IMG/VR virus record: IMGVR_UViG_3300028800_000003
Span: 55,740 to 119,739 of that record
Direction: 5' to 3' (one strand)
Source: a virus
DNA length: 64,000 bases
Shown here: positions 42,243 through 51,538 of the stretch, one piece after another
Layout: each line of letters begins with the position of its first letter
How positions within the stretch are numbered: the stretch's first letter is position 1
Translations under genes and position numbers: made by a program
Notes under the pieces: model-generated
Seen by the model: the letters and a program-made list of their open reading frames with translations, nothing else
What the model was told of the DNA's origin: nothing
Databases searched by the model: none

Positions 42243-42700
42243 AGGCGATCAGTCTATGGCAGCCATGGGCATCCCTGTGGCTGTCACCTGCAAAGATTCA
42301 CGAGACCAGAAGCTGGCCGACGAAACATCGCGGCTGGACGCTTGTGCATGCCGCCAAGCGCTCGCCTGATGACTTTCAGGGACAAGACGAACTGGACGAG
42401 GTCTGCAAGCGCGTGCTTGGGGCCGACGCGCCGCTTGGCCCGCGCGGCGCACTGATCGGCATGGTTAATATTGTCGACTGTCAGCGCACCGAGGCCATTC
42501 TCAACGGCTATCAGGAGCCCGACGATTTTGTCTGTGGCGACTATCGTCCTGGCCGTTACGGCTGGCGTCGCAGCGATTACGTGATCTTCAAAAAGCCGAT
42601 CCCGTATCGCGGAATGCAGATGCTTTTCAGCGTGCCGGAATCCGTTCTGCCGCCCGAGGCGAAGGCGCTGATACCGCAGCGCGAACTATTCACGCCGTAA
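42239..42700 (+). CDS. ASCH domain protein
   Basis: KAISLWQPWASL...KIHETRSW...HRG...VHAAK...PIPYRG. Confidence 0.88.
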   Translation: MKAISLWQPWASLWLSPAKIHETRSWPTKHRGWTLVHAAKRSPDDFQGQDELDEVCKRVLGADAPLGPRGALIGMVNIVDCQRTEAILNGYQEPDDFVCGDYRPGRYGWRRSDYVIFKKPIPYRGMQMLFSVPESVLPPEAKALIPQRELFTP

Positions 42701-43799
42701 TGAGTCGTCTGGCCTTGTCGGCATCTTCCGCCGCGGGTCCGATGTAACGAAACACCGCGCACGGCCGCCCGCCGATGCGCGCGCCAAGCGTCGAGGTCGC
42801 ACCGTTGACGTGCGAGAATTTGCCAGGCTTGGCCTCAAGCTGCCAGCATTTCGACTTGTCGAATGACCGGATCAGCGCCGGATGCGCCGGGTATGTGTGC
42901 AGCCGCCGCTTGATGGCGCGATACTGCGCGCCGAGCGTGTCAACCAGGACCATCGCCAAGCCCATGCCCTGATAGTCGGGCAGCGTGACAAGACGCGATA
43001 CGCCATAGATGTCGCTCACGGTCGGATGCGGGCGATACAGCACGCCGGCAAAAGCGGCTGGCTGGCCATCCGCGAACAGCACGTAACACCGGGCCGCGCG
43101 ATGCAGATCGGCGGTCAGATAGTGGAACGGAGCGAACAGCTTCCAAGCCGAATGATCGACGCGCGCGATCTCGACGGCGAGTTCTGGTCGTCGTTGAACC
43201 GCCCTCCACTGGAAAGTCATCGTGGCCGGTTCCAACATCCAATCGGGCTGGAGCCAGTCGATCACGTCATAATGACAGGTGACCGCGACGAATTTCCGCG
43301 CATTGCGCCGAACGTATTTTTGAACCGCGTGCGAACCAATATGGGCGACTTGACGATCAATCACCGAGGTGAATTCGTCGATGACGATCGGGTCGTCGTC
43401 TTCCATCAGATGCCGCGCCAGGTCGACGCGGAATTTCTCTCCCGTGGAGAGCACCGCGTAGGGCTTCATCCATGACGGGATCGTATTGAAACCGACAGCG
43501 GAGCATATCGCCGAGATGTCGGCGATCGAGTGCTTGCCATCAAAATCGTCAATGACCGAACCGGCCTTCCAGTCGAAGGTCTTCGGCTCGCCGAACATCT
43601 GGCGCATCACCGAGGACTTGCCGGCGCCGGACGGCCCAACGATCAGGCCGACATTCCAGTCCTTGGTATCGATCGGAACATCGCCCGACCATTCGCGCTC
43701 CAGCTTCTCGGTCAACGGCACGTCGAACATGCCGGAGAGTTGCTTGACGCGAGGCGTCAACTTGATTTCCGATTTGACTACGAAATCAACGCGCGACAT
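42690..43799 (-). CDS. ABC-type ATPase fused to GNAT acetyltransferase
   Basis: Walker A GPSGAGKS, signature LSTGEKFR, Walker B VIDEF; GNAT motif SRLVTLPDYQGMGLA. Confidence 0.88.
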   Translation of the reverse strand: MSRVDFVVKSEIKLTPRVKQLSGMFDVPLTEKLEREWSGDVPIDTKDWNVGLIVGPSGAGKSSVMRQMFGEPKTFDWKAGSVIDDFDGKHSIADISAICSAVGFNTIPSWMKPYAVLSTGEKFRVDLARHLMEDDDPIVIDEFTSVIDRQVAHIGSHAVQKYVRRNARKFVAVTCHYDVIDWLQPDWMLEPATMTFQWRAVQRRPELAVEIARVDHSAWKLFAPFHYLTADLHRAARCYVLFADGQPAAFAGVLYRPHPTVSDIYGVSRLVTLPDYQGMGLAMVLVDTLGAQYRAIKRRLHTYPAHPALIRSFDKSKCWQLEAKPGKFSHVNGATSTLGARIGGRPCAVFRYIGPAAEDADKARRLITA

Positions 43800-44353
43800 T
43801 CGATGCCCTCCTCCTCGAATTTGGTCAGGAGTCGGGTCTGTTCTTCCTCAGTCTCGCACTCGATGACGATCGAGAACTTGTTTTCGCCGAGTTTGGAGGA
43901 GCCGTCTTCCTCCTCGCGGCCCATCAGCTTGTCGAGTTGCGCGGTCGAGAAGCCGAGGAGATCGAGGTCGAAATTCATCTCCAGCGCGGCACATTCCATG
44001 CCGAGCAATTCCTTGTCCCAGCCGCCGTTCTCGGTCAGCCGATTGTCGGCGATGATGTAGGCGCGCTTCTGCGCATCACTCCAGCCGCGAGCAACGAGGC
44101 ATGGCGCCTTGGTGTAGCCATTCTTCTTGGCGGCGCGGATACGGGCATGACCGGCGAGGATGAAATCATCCTCATCGATCAGGACCGGCATCGTCCAACC
44201 CCACTGCCGCATCGCTTTGCAGATCAGCTTGATCTGCTCGGCGCTATGCGTGCGCGAGTTCTGCGGATGCGGCTTGAGAGCCGCGATGTCGCGCAGCTCG
44301 ATTTTGGTTGCCGGCCAATTCACAGGGTTGGCCGAGCCGTTGACGCCTTCCAT
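43778..44353 (-). CDS. ParB/Srx N-terminal domain protein
   Basis: LKPHPQNSRTHS...GWTMPVLID...ILAGHARIRAA...IADNRL. Confidence 0.88.
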   Translation of the reverse strand: MEGVNGSANPVNWPATKIELRDIAALKPHPQNSRTHSAEQIKLICKAMRQWGWTMPVLIDEDDFILAGHARIRAAKKNGYTKAPCLVARGWSDAQKRAYIIADNRLTENGGWDKELLGMECAALEMNFDLDLLGFSTAQLDKLMGREEEDGSSKLGENKFSIVIECETEEEQTRLLTKFEEEGIECRALIS

Positions 44354-44373
44354 AATTGCCTCTCAGAGAATAA

Positions 44374-44640
44374 TCAGGTGGCAGGCACGATCAGCCGGCC
44401 GTTCTTGCCAAGCTCCATCAGGGCTTTGAACGGTGCGTTGATCATCGAGACGATTTCAGCAAGCGGTAGCGTGCATGTTGCTACGTCGCCGCAGGACTCG
44501 TCTGACTTTTTCGGCCCGCGTACCGTGATCTGGAATTTGCCGTCGACGACATTCATCGACACGAATTCTGGATAGGTTGGGTCCTTGGGATTGTTCGCCG
44601 TGTAAGCGAAAATGTTGACAGGGTTGACAGGCATGGTCAT
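44374..44640 (-). CDS. hypothetical protein
   Basis: NIFAYT...YPEFVSMN; TGATG-coupled. Confidence 0.6.
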   Translation of the reverse strand: MTMPVNPVNIFAYTANNPKDPTYPEFVSMNVVDGKFQITVRGPKKSDESCGDVATCTLPLAEIVSMINAPFKALMELGKNGRLIVPAT

Positions 44641-45299
44641 CAATCGTTCCATTGAAAATTGCTGCCGACCTGCCGACAGACGCGATCGAGCGCGTCCATT
44701 GATTTTTTGTATTCGAGAGCGGTCTTGACCAACGCTGGAACTTGCAGCGGATCGGTCACCACTGACCAGATCACGGCCTCCAGATTGTCGGTGCCGTTGG
44801 CGTTCAATGCGTCAACAACGGCCGGCGGCAGGTTGTCATGCTCGCCATCGGATACCGAGCGCAATGCGGCGAGCGCCAACTTGCGCTCTTTCGCGAATTG
44901 CGCCACGGCGAAGGTTTCGTCGTCGATGACTTGGCAACGCGTCTTGGCGAACAGCGCGTCACGCTCGATCTTGTTATTGGCGGTATTGAAATCGCCCGAT
45001 GACCACCAGCGCACGCCCAGAGCGCCGGTGCATTCGTAAAGCCGCTGCGTCCAGCCGCGGTCTGTCTCGTATTCGCCGTCTGGCGTGTCGACAATGCCGG
45101 CAAGCACCACATCGCCAACGGCGATCGAGGGCGCCAGGCCGCCGCACAGGCCAAGTGAAATGATGGCTCTGGCATTGGACGGCACCGACTTGCGCAGCGC
45201 GTCCACGGTCAGAATACCGGTCAATACCAGAACATCGGCCGCGGCGTATTTCTTGGCGACGCGAAATTCGCTCGCCATGCCGGTCTTGATAACAAGCAT
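44640..45299 (-). CDS. PNP/MTA-SAH nucleosidase family protein, HpnG-like
   Basis: IISLGLCGGLAPSIAVGDVV...IDDETFAVA...LRSVSD...LPPAVVDAL...PLQVPALV. Confidence 0.75.
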   Translation of the reverse strand: MLVIKTGMASEFRVAKKYAAADVLVLTGILTVDALRKSVPSNARAIISLGLCGGLAPSIAVGDVVLAGIVDTPDGEYETDRGWTQRLYECTGALGVRWWSSGDFNTANNKIERDALFAKTRCQVIDDETFAVAQFAKERKLALAALRSVSDGEHDNLPPAVVDALNANGTDNLEAVIWSVVTDPLQVPALVKTALEYKKSMDALDRVCRQVGSNFQWND

Positions 45300-45312
45300 C
45301 TGGATGGTCGCT

Positions 45313-45837
45313 TTACGCTGCAACCGCTTCGGCGATGGCCTGGCGCAATCGCGTCGACATGCCGGTTTCAAGCTGATCGACGGTGTGGCGCACCTCGCCG
45401 CAGAGCAGTTCGAGGCGGCTCATGAAAGCGTGCAACTCGACTTCGCCAGCGACATTCGTGAGATGCTTGCGCAGCGCCTCGCCGAGGATGCCGGCGTCAT
45501 TGTACCAGCGGCCGACAGCCATCAGGGCCGCGGACACGGTGGCGTTGGGATCAGTCGGGGCAGTGGCGGCAATCGGCAACTCCTCGACGGTCTCGCCGAT
45601 GTAGGGCTGCTCGCCATCCTCTGCCATGCCGTTGGCGGCAAGGAAGGCGGCTTCGTCGTCATTGACTGCGCCGGCATCGACGGCATCGAGCGGGTCCTGA
45701 TCGAGCGGATTCTCCAGCGGCTCCTGCCGCAATTCGGCTTCCGCCATGGCCGCCTGTTTGAGCTGCGAAAGCACGCTATTCTGCGGCTGCGTCACGACCA
45801 GGCCGGCCGCGTCTGGAATGCGTTGATCTTCGGCCAC
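45313..45837 (-). CDS. acidic hypothetical protein
   Basis: RBS AGGAGG plus GTG start. Confidence 0.7.
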   Translation of the reverse strand: MAEDQRIPDAAGLVVTQPQNSVLSQLKQAAMAEAELRQEPLENPLDQDPLDAVDAGAVNDDEAAFLAANGMAEDGEQPYIGETVEELPIAATAPTDPNATVSAALMAVGRWYNDAGILGEALRKHLTNVAGEVELHAFMSRLELLCGEVRHTVDQLETGMSTRLRQAIAEAVAA

Positions 45838-45929
45838 GGTTGCCTCCTGTGGATTGAATGGGCAAGGGCGCGGCTGACTAGCCGCTCTTTTGCTGCCGCC
45901 TCACACGGCCAACAACTTGAAGAAATCGG

Positions 45930-46247
45930 TTACGCGATCACCAGCACGTCGAGCGTACCTGCGGAGAGTGCAGAGCCGGCTTCGAGGTTGACGGTGAACC
46001 CGGTCGCCGTCTTGTTGGTGACGTACACCGTCGTACCGGCCGGCTGCGCGCCGCCGAGCGTGACAAACACGCCGTACTTGCCGTTGCCATTGGCATCGGT
46101 CGGCAGGTCAACGAATGACACGGCCACGGCCTTGGTGTCGGCGCCGCCAGTGAAGGCGATGTTGTTCTGGATGCCGAGGATAACCCGATCGCTCCACAGC
46201 GGAGCCGAACCGTCGGCAATCTCGGAAATATGATATTGAACGGGCAT
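45930..46247 (-). CDS. small beta-rich virion protein
   Basis: YGVFVT...VYVTNKTATGFTV; downstream of the portal. Confidence 0.65.
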   Translation of the reverse strand: MPVQYHISEIADGSAPLWSDRVILGIQNNIAFTGGADTKAVAVSFVDLPTDANGNGKYGVFVTLGGAQPAGTTVYVTNKTATGFTVNLEAGSALSAGTLDVLVIA

Positions 46248-46251
46248 GGAA

Positions 46252-47748
46252 TTATTTCCCTGATTTCAGTGTGCGCGAACGCGAAAAGAATGTGCGCTTG
46301 GACGGCCGGGCAATTGACTCGTACATGGCGCTGATCGCGCCATCGATGCCGGCCTCGGCAGCCGAAACTTTCTTCGGTCCCTTCTTGGGTCCGGCAGGCG
46401 GCTGCGGCGGTTGCGGTTCGATCATCGTCGGCAATCGCGGATCGATGACCTCTTTGGCGCCGCGCGCCGCGTCCATAGCGACCTGCACGTCGGCGTTTGT
46501 CAGATCGGCCCACGGCGAGTCATCCATCGGCACTTCACCGAAGCGGTCGCGGATTTCGTTGGGCGTGATCGAATTGGTCTGGTAGCGCTTCTCCAGGATT
46601 TGCATCGTCGCCAGCTCGTCCTCACGGTCGAGACCAACGAAACGAATCATCAATTGCGAGAAGCCCAGCCGCTTCTGGATGCAGTGTCTGGTCAGAGCCC
46701 GCGCGATCTCGATCGCAGCCGGCTTGATGGCCTGATCCCAGTCGCGGTCTTCCGACACCTCTGCGGTGTTGCGATTGACATCGCGCTCCAGGCCGAAATT
46801 CTGCGGCGACAGGCCGAATGCCGCGGCAAGCTCGCGGATCAGAAATTCCTGATACTCCAGGAACAACGCCTTGTCGCCTTCCGGGTAGAGCCGTTGCACG
46901 GCGACCTTTTCAGGCTTGCCGTCGGCGCCGGACTTGCTCGAAATGATGGGCACCATGCCCTGGCCTTCGATGTCATTGCGCCACCAGTGGCGAATGGCTT
47001 CGAGTTCTCCTGCCGGGTAGCCGGGGAAATCCATCAGCACTGAGGAGCGCTGATTTCCAGCGACCTTGGCGGCAAACTTGCCGGTAGAAATCTGGCTGGC
47101 GACCGATTGAAATGCCATCTCCAGCGGGCCAAAACCGAACGGCGTTGCCGTGTTCTGGTTCGGCGCGAGATAAAGCATCTCCTCGTCAAACAGCACCTTG
47201 AACTGGCCGCCGCCGAGCTGCGAGCCGTAGCCTACGGTCTGCGCATAGTGCGGCTTCTTGGGGTTGCCATCCCAGTTCGGGTAAATCTGGATCGAGAATC
47301 CGTCGGTCGGCCAAATCCACAACGGACGCTGCGGATCACTGCCTACCTGGGTCTCCAGCGCGCCGCAGCCGCACAGATAGTCCTCGATGAACCGCTCCAG
47401 CATCGAGGCCCAGTCATCGGTCTCGTTCGGATGCTCGAAGCAATTGGCGACGACTTTAGCCTGGCGCTTTAGCTCGCTATTCCAATCGACATCGCCGATC
47501 GGCACGATCTCCCACTCCATCATCTTGATGGGGTCCTTGATCGCGTTGATGGCGCGGCGTGCCCACGGCGTGCGCGAGAAATAGCGCAGATTGCGCGGGC
47601 TCGGCTTGTAGACCAGGCCCTCGGTCTGATTGACGCGGCCGATCTGGATCAGGTTGGGATACTGAATCGTATCCCGCACTGGCGCCAGCCGGCGACGGCC
47701 GAGGCGCGGCAACTTCAAGCCATCGAAGATGCCCACAGCGCGCCTCAA
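46252..47748 (-). CDS. portal protein (HK97-family)
   Basis: GFGPLE...FLEYQEFLIRELAAAFGLSP...ITPNEIRDRFG. Confidence 0.92.
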   Translation of the reverse strand: MRRAVGIFDGLKLPRLGRRRLAPVRDTIQYPNLIQIGRVNQTEGLVYKPSPRNLRYFSRTPWARRAINAIKDPIKMMEWEIVPIGDVDWNSELKRQAKVVANCFEHPNETDDWASMLERFIEDYLCGCGALETQVGSDPQRPLWIWPTDGFSIQIYPNWDGNPKKPHYAQTVGYGSQLGGGQFKVLFDEEMLYLAPNQNTATPFGFGPLEMAFQSVASQISTGKFAAKVAGNQRSSVLMDFPGYPAGELEAIRHWWRNDIEGQGMVPIISSKSGADGKPEKVAVQRLYPEGDKALFLEYQEFLIRELAAAFGLSPQNFGLERDVNRNTAEVSEDRDWDQAIKPAAIEIARALTRHCIQKRLGFSQLMIRFVGLDREDELATMQILEKRYQTNSITPNEIRDRFGEVPMDDSPWADLTNADVQVAMDAARGAKEVIDPRLPTMIEPQPPQPPAGPKKGPKKVSAAEAGIDGAISAMYESIARPSKRTFFSRSRTLKSGK

Positions 47749-47844
47749 ATTGTTGGTTCAAAAGGTCCGATAGCGCCTCGTTAAAGCGCAGAAATAGCTA
47801 CGTTCGGGCGCCGCAATTGGCGTCACACCCGCCGGCGTGGTAAT

Positions 47845-48540
47845 TCAGGCCAGCACGCCGACGCGATCAAATTCCTTCCAGCACTTTTCGGCCCAGGTCT
47901 TGAGCAGCCCCTTGATGGTGCGCGATTGAGCCGGGTCGTTCATGAAATCGAGGAACGACTCGCCAGCCTTTTCCGGGCCGGACTTCTCCAAGGTCTCGCG
48001 GATGCGATCTTCCATGAACGGAATATCGATCATCATCGGCGCCATGCTCGCCAGGATATCCTTGGTGTCAGACGTGTCCCAGTCGAAATATGAAGCGTCC
48101 GGCGAAATGTGGTTCTTGACCAGCAGATGTCGCACGTTGCCGATGCGCGATGCCGCGGCGCTGATCTCTCCGATCGAGCGCACGGTGGGGCCGAGCACAT
48201 GCAACAACGTCATTTTCATAACGCCGCGCTTCACGTCTTCCAGGAGCCGCGCGTCATCGAGCGTCTGAATTGCGCTCATGAGTCGGCCGGCCGGAAGATC
48301 GACAACCGTAACCGCGTCGTCATTGACGCCATCGAAGACCTTCATCTGATCGTCGATGGAGTCGATGTTGACAATCGAGGCATAGCCGGCAAAGCGAGAC
48401 AGATCGCCGCCGGGATAATCGGCATCGAACGCGCGCAGCTTCATGTTGCGGACCTTCATCAGGTCGAGCAGAAGCCGTGCCGTCATCGTCTTGCCGACGC
48501 CGCCCTTGTCGGCACCGACGAAGATCATCGTGGCGGTCAT
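47845..48540 (-). CDS. ParA/MinD-like P-loop NTPase
   Basis: Deviant Walker A GADKGGVGKT; VVDLPAG. Confidence 0.8.
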   Translation of the reverse strand: MTATMIFVGADKGGVGKTMTARLLLDLMKVRNMKLRAFDADYPGGDLSRFAGYASIVNIDSIDDQMKVFDGVNDDAVTVVDLPAGRLMSAIQTLDDARLLEDVKRGVMKMTLLHVLGPTVRSIGEISAAASRIGNVRHLLVKNHISPDASYFDWDTSDTKDILASMAPMMIDIPFMEDRIRETLEKSGPEKAGESFLDFMNDPAQSRTIKGLLKTWAEKCWKEFDRVGVLA

Positions 48541-48639
48541 CTTGTTGCCTCACAAGAAAAGGAAAGAGCGCGGGCCGGGGCGTAACTCCCGGCGTTGACT
48601 CCCCGTGGGCGAACCACCGTCGGCCGCGCTTTGAAAGAA

Positions 48640-49125
48640 TTACAGCGCGCCGAGCGCCGAATTCAGGATGGCGTGCGTCACCGAATCCTCGGAGTTGGTC
48701 ACGACGTTGTTGAGCAGATAGTTCAGGAGCGCCCGGCTTTCGTTCATCTTGGTCTGAACGAGCTGAACCAGGCCGCGCACGTCGGTGGAATTCGGCGTAG
48801 CGAAGCCGGCAGCGATGTCGGCAGGCTCGAACCCGAATTGGAGAACGTCGCCAGAGGTGATGGCGTTGGCAGCATCGGCCGCCAGCGTCACGTCGACGCC
48901 GCTGATTGAAGCGACCGCGCCGACATACGCGCCAGCCGTCACGTCATACACCGGCATGCCGGCAACGATCCAAGACGGGGCAGCAATCCCGAGCACAACC
49001 GTTTCCGAATTGGTGGCAGTGGCGCCGCCGGCAGCGATCTGGCCAAGGGGCAGACCAGTGACCTGACTCGTGGCCAGCATGCCGTCGGCATTGTAGAGTT
49101 CATTGAGGTAAGCGCTAACGCCCAT
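48640..49125 (-). CDS. putative virion protein
   Basis: IVAGMPVYDVT...VTLAADA...SGDVLQF; RBS AAGGA. Confidence 0.6.
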   Translation of the reverse strand: MGVSAYLNELYNADGMLATSQVTGLPLGQIAAGGATATNSETVVLGIAAPSWIVAGMPVYDVTAGAYVGAVASISGVDVTLAADAANAITSGDVLQFGFEPADIAAGFATPNSTDVRGLVQLVQTKMNESRALLNYLLNNVVTNSEDSVTHAILNSALGAL

Positions 49126-49203
49126 GGAAAAATTCCTTCTCGAAAGAAATTAACGTTGGTCGCAGCGGCTCTTGCCGGCGACAAAAATGATTTGAAGACG
49201 AAT

Positions 49204-49497
49204 TCAGCAGCGAGGACCGCTGCCATATCGCACGCACATGCAAAGGCCGGAGTGCGCGCAAGCCGGACAGCCGGTGCCAAGCGGGATAGCATCGCCCGTG
49301 CGTGGCCATCCAAACGGATCGCCGTAAGGTCGATCCGTCCATGGATCGACTGTGGGCGACGGCATATGCGGCACCACGACAGGGCCGGTCGCCATCGGCG
49401 TAACGTGATCGCACGTCGCGACACCTGGCGCGACACCGCGATTACAGACTGGGCATTGCCAGCCTTTGTTGTCGTTCACGATAGGATCAGCCGCCAT
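49204..49497 (-). CDS. small Cys-rich protein
   Basis: GWQCPVCNRGVAP...C zinc ribbon; RBS AAGG/GAG. Confidence 0.6.
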   Translation of the reverse strand: MAADPIVNDNKGWQCPVCNRGVAPGVATCDHVTPMATGPVVVPHMPSPTVDPWTDRPYGDPFGWPRTGDAIPLGTGCPACAHSGLCMCVRYGSGPRC

Positions 49498-49672
49498 GTT
49501 TGATCTCGCCTTCGTGGCGCTTGATCACGCCGTTGGCTTCGCGAATGGCGAGGCCTTCGTTACCGGTGCGTCGCAGGATGCCGTCGGCGATGTCCGCCCA
49601 CTGGCGTTCTTTTTTGGGATCACCGGCGACCTTGCTGTCGTGTCGCGCTGCATCTCCGGGTTGCCAGGGCAT
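49487..49672 (-). CDS. small ChaB/DUF2188-like phage protein
   Basis: MPW...RQWADIADGIL...EGLAIREANG. Confidence 0.6.
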   Translation of the reverse strand: MPWQPGDAARHDSKVAGDPKKERQWADIADGILRRTGNEGLAIREANGVIKRHEGEIKHGG

Positions 49673-49932
49673 GGTCTTTCACCTTCGCAACAATGGGCAA
49701 ATCCGCAACCGCCGCATTCAGGGCAAAGCAAGTTGCAACCGAAACACGACGGACAGATCACTGAGTATCCAAAAAATTGTCGACAACGCGCGTCACACCG
49801 TAAGGTTCCAGTTATTCCACAACCCTCCGCGTGTAACCTTGTCACGTTGCTTTTGATTATGGGTTGCACTACCAAGGAGAAGCACTTGCAACTCAAGCAA
49901 GCATTTATAGGCCAAGGAAGGAGGACGCCCTT

Positions 49933-50313
49933 ATGGCGAGTAAACGCACAAACGAATTTGACAATATCGTCGCCAAGCGTATCCGCGCACGAAGGCTGTC
50001 GTTGGGCATGAGCCAGGAGACTCTAGCCAATCATCTCGGGATCACGTTTCAGCAGGTACAAAAATACGAACGCGCCGCCAACCGCATCTCGGTCGGACGG
50101 CTGATCGAAATCGGCAAGGCGCTGGAAATCGCGCCCGAATCACTTCTTAAAGGCCTGACACACGCCGGCCACCTCGCCCATAGCGAGAACCGCGGTCTGG
50201 CCTTCCTGCAAACACGCGATGGCATCGGTCTGACCAATGCCATGGAACGAGCGAAGCCAAGGCAGCGAAAAGCTGTACTGCGCTTCCTTCAAGACATGAT
50301 GATGGCTGCTTAA
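49933..50313 (+). CDS. XRE-family HTH regulator (PraR/PhrR-like)
   Basis: RIRARRLSLGMSQETLANHLGITFQQVQKYERAANRIS; RBS AGGAGG. Confidence 0.9.
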   Translation: MASKRTNEFDNIVAKRIRARRLSLGMSQETLANHLGITFQQVQKYERAANRISVGRLIEIGKALEIAPESLLKGLTHAGHLAHSENRGLAFLQTRDGIGLTNAMERAKPRQRKAVLRFLQDMMMAA

Positions 50314-50732
50314 CGCAGCTTGACAACGGTCACCTTGCCGCCGGTGTTGCCATCGAAATCCATCGCGATTTTGATGGCCTCACGCGCGGTCTTGCCGCAA
50401 CTCATCGCCACCAGCGCCGGTATCTTGCCGGAGCCGATCGCGAAATATTTTGCCTTGGTCTCTGTCCAGCCGCCGTCGTCGAGCACCTTAACGACGCCGT
50501 CTGGATAGACGACAATTGCATTGACGCCCTTGGTGATGGCATGGATGCCGTCAGGGTCCTTGCGTATCTTGCGCAGAGACTCCTGAATGTGTCCGAGTGG
50601 GCCAGCAAAGCCGATCAGCATGCCGTTTTTCAGACGGAAAACCTTGCGGACCTCGCCTGGATCAATCAGGTCATCGTCGACCACTCGCGTATCGCCCGCA
50701 AGGATTCCTTCCTTGTAGGCGATCGTTGTCAT
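50310..50732 (-). CDS. HslV/proteasome-beta-like Ntn protease
   Basis: MTTIAY...AGDTR...GFAG...FAIGSG...D.NTGG. Confidence 0.8.
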   Translation of the reverse strand: MTTIAYKEGILAGDTRVVDDDLIDPGEVRKVFRLKNGMLIGFAGPLGHIQESLRKIRKDPDGIHAITKGVNAIVVYPDGVVKVLDDGGWTETKAKYFAIGSGKIPALVAMSCGKTAREAIKIAMDFDGNTGGKVTVVKLR

Positions 50733-50750
50733 GATGATCGACCTTACGTT

Positions 50751-51530
50751 TTATGGACCGATGTTTCCGCTCGGGAGACCTGCAAGCTGCGCCGGCTCGG
50801 GCGCCGGTGGCGTCCATTTCGGCGGGTTCTTCAAGTCCTGGAGAACGACCGTCGACGGCACGACAAAATGAACCGTGCCAGGAAAGATGTTCTGCCCTTG
50901 GATGTTCAGATGTTCGCCGACGACGATGCCGACGACCTCGTCGGTGCCGGCCAGATAAACCGGGCCGCCAGAGTTGCCGTTGGTGAATTCGACATCGAGC
51001 GGCAGCACCCAGTGCCAGGCGATGCCCTGGGATGGATCATTGCCTGCGCTTGCATCGCGCGGCACGCCGGCAACGTGACCCCAGGTATGAATGAAGGTCT
51101 CGCCAAGCGGGTTGCCGACGACCTCGATCTTGGCGCCGATTTCCGGCAGCGCTGGACCGAGGGTGGCAGTGCCGAGCCCCACAGGCACCTTGTCGAGTTT
51201 CAGGGCCGCCAGATCGTGATCCTTGTCGGCCCACAGCACAGTGGCATGGACCTTGTCGCCAGGCTTGCCATTGGCATCGACGATGACCTGATACGAATTC
51301 AGGTCTGGCGTGCCTTCAAGCACCATGTGCCCGGCGGTGATGACGATGCCGTTGCCGATGTAGACGCCGGAGCCGAGCGACGAGCCGCCGCCCTGCTCTT
51401 GCACGGTGATCTCGACATCGGAATTCAGGCGCGCGCGCGGCGCAGTGTAGTTTGCGGCGCCGACGGCGACGGATGCCACGACGGCAACAGCGCCAGCGGC
51501 AGATGCAACCTTATGCAGAGCCGACATCAC
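50751..51530 (-). CDS. exported trypsin-like serine protease
   Basis: Signal-like N-terminus; ITAGH, HDLA and GNSGGP form the triad. Confidence 0.88.
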   Translation of the reverse strand: MMSALHKVASAAGAVAVVASVAVGAANYTAPRARLNSDVEITVQEQGGGSSLGSGVYIGNGIVITAGHMVLEGTPDLNSYQVIVDANGKPGDKVHATVLWADKDHDLAALKLDKVPVGLGTATLGPALPEIGAKIEVVGNPLGETFIHTWGHVAGVPRDASAGNDPSQGIAWHWVLPLDVEFTNGNSGGPVYLAGTDEVVGIVVGEHLNIQGQNIFPGTVHFVVPSTVVLQDLKNPPKWTPPAPEPAQLAGLPSGNIGP

Positions 51531-51538
51531 AAGACCTC

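Noticed and set aside
42690-43799. ABC transporter
   Set aside because: No permease gene nearby, and the ATPase is fused to a GNAT domain.
47845-48540. Terminase subunit upstream of the portal
   Set aside because: The KGGVGKT deviant Walker A and 231-aa length fit the ParA/MinD class; there is no nuclease domain.
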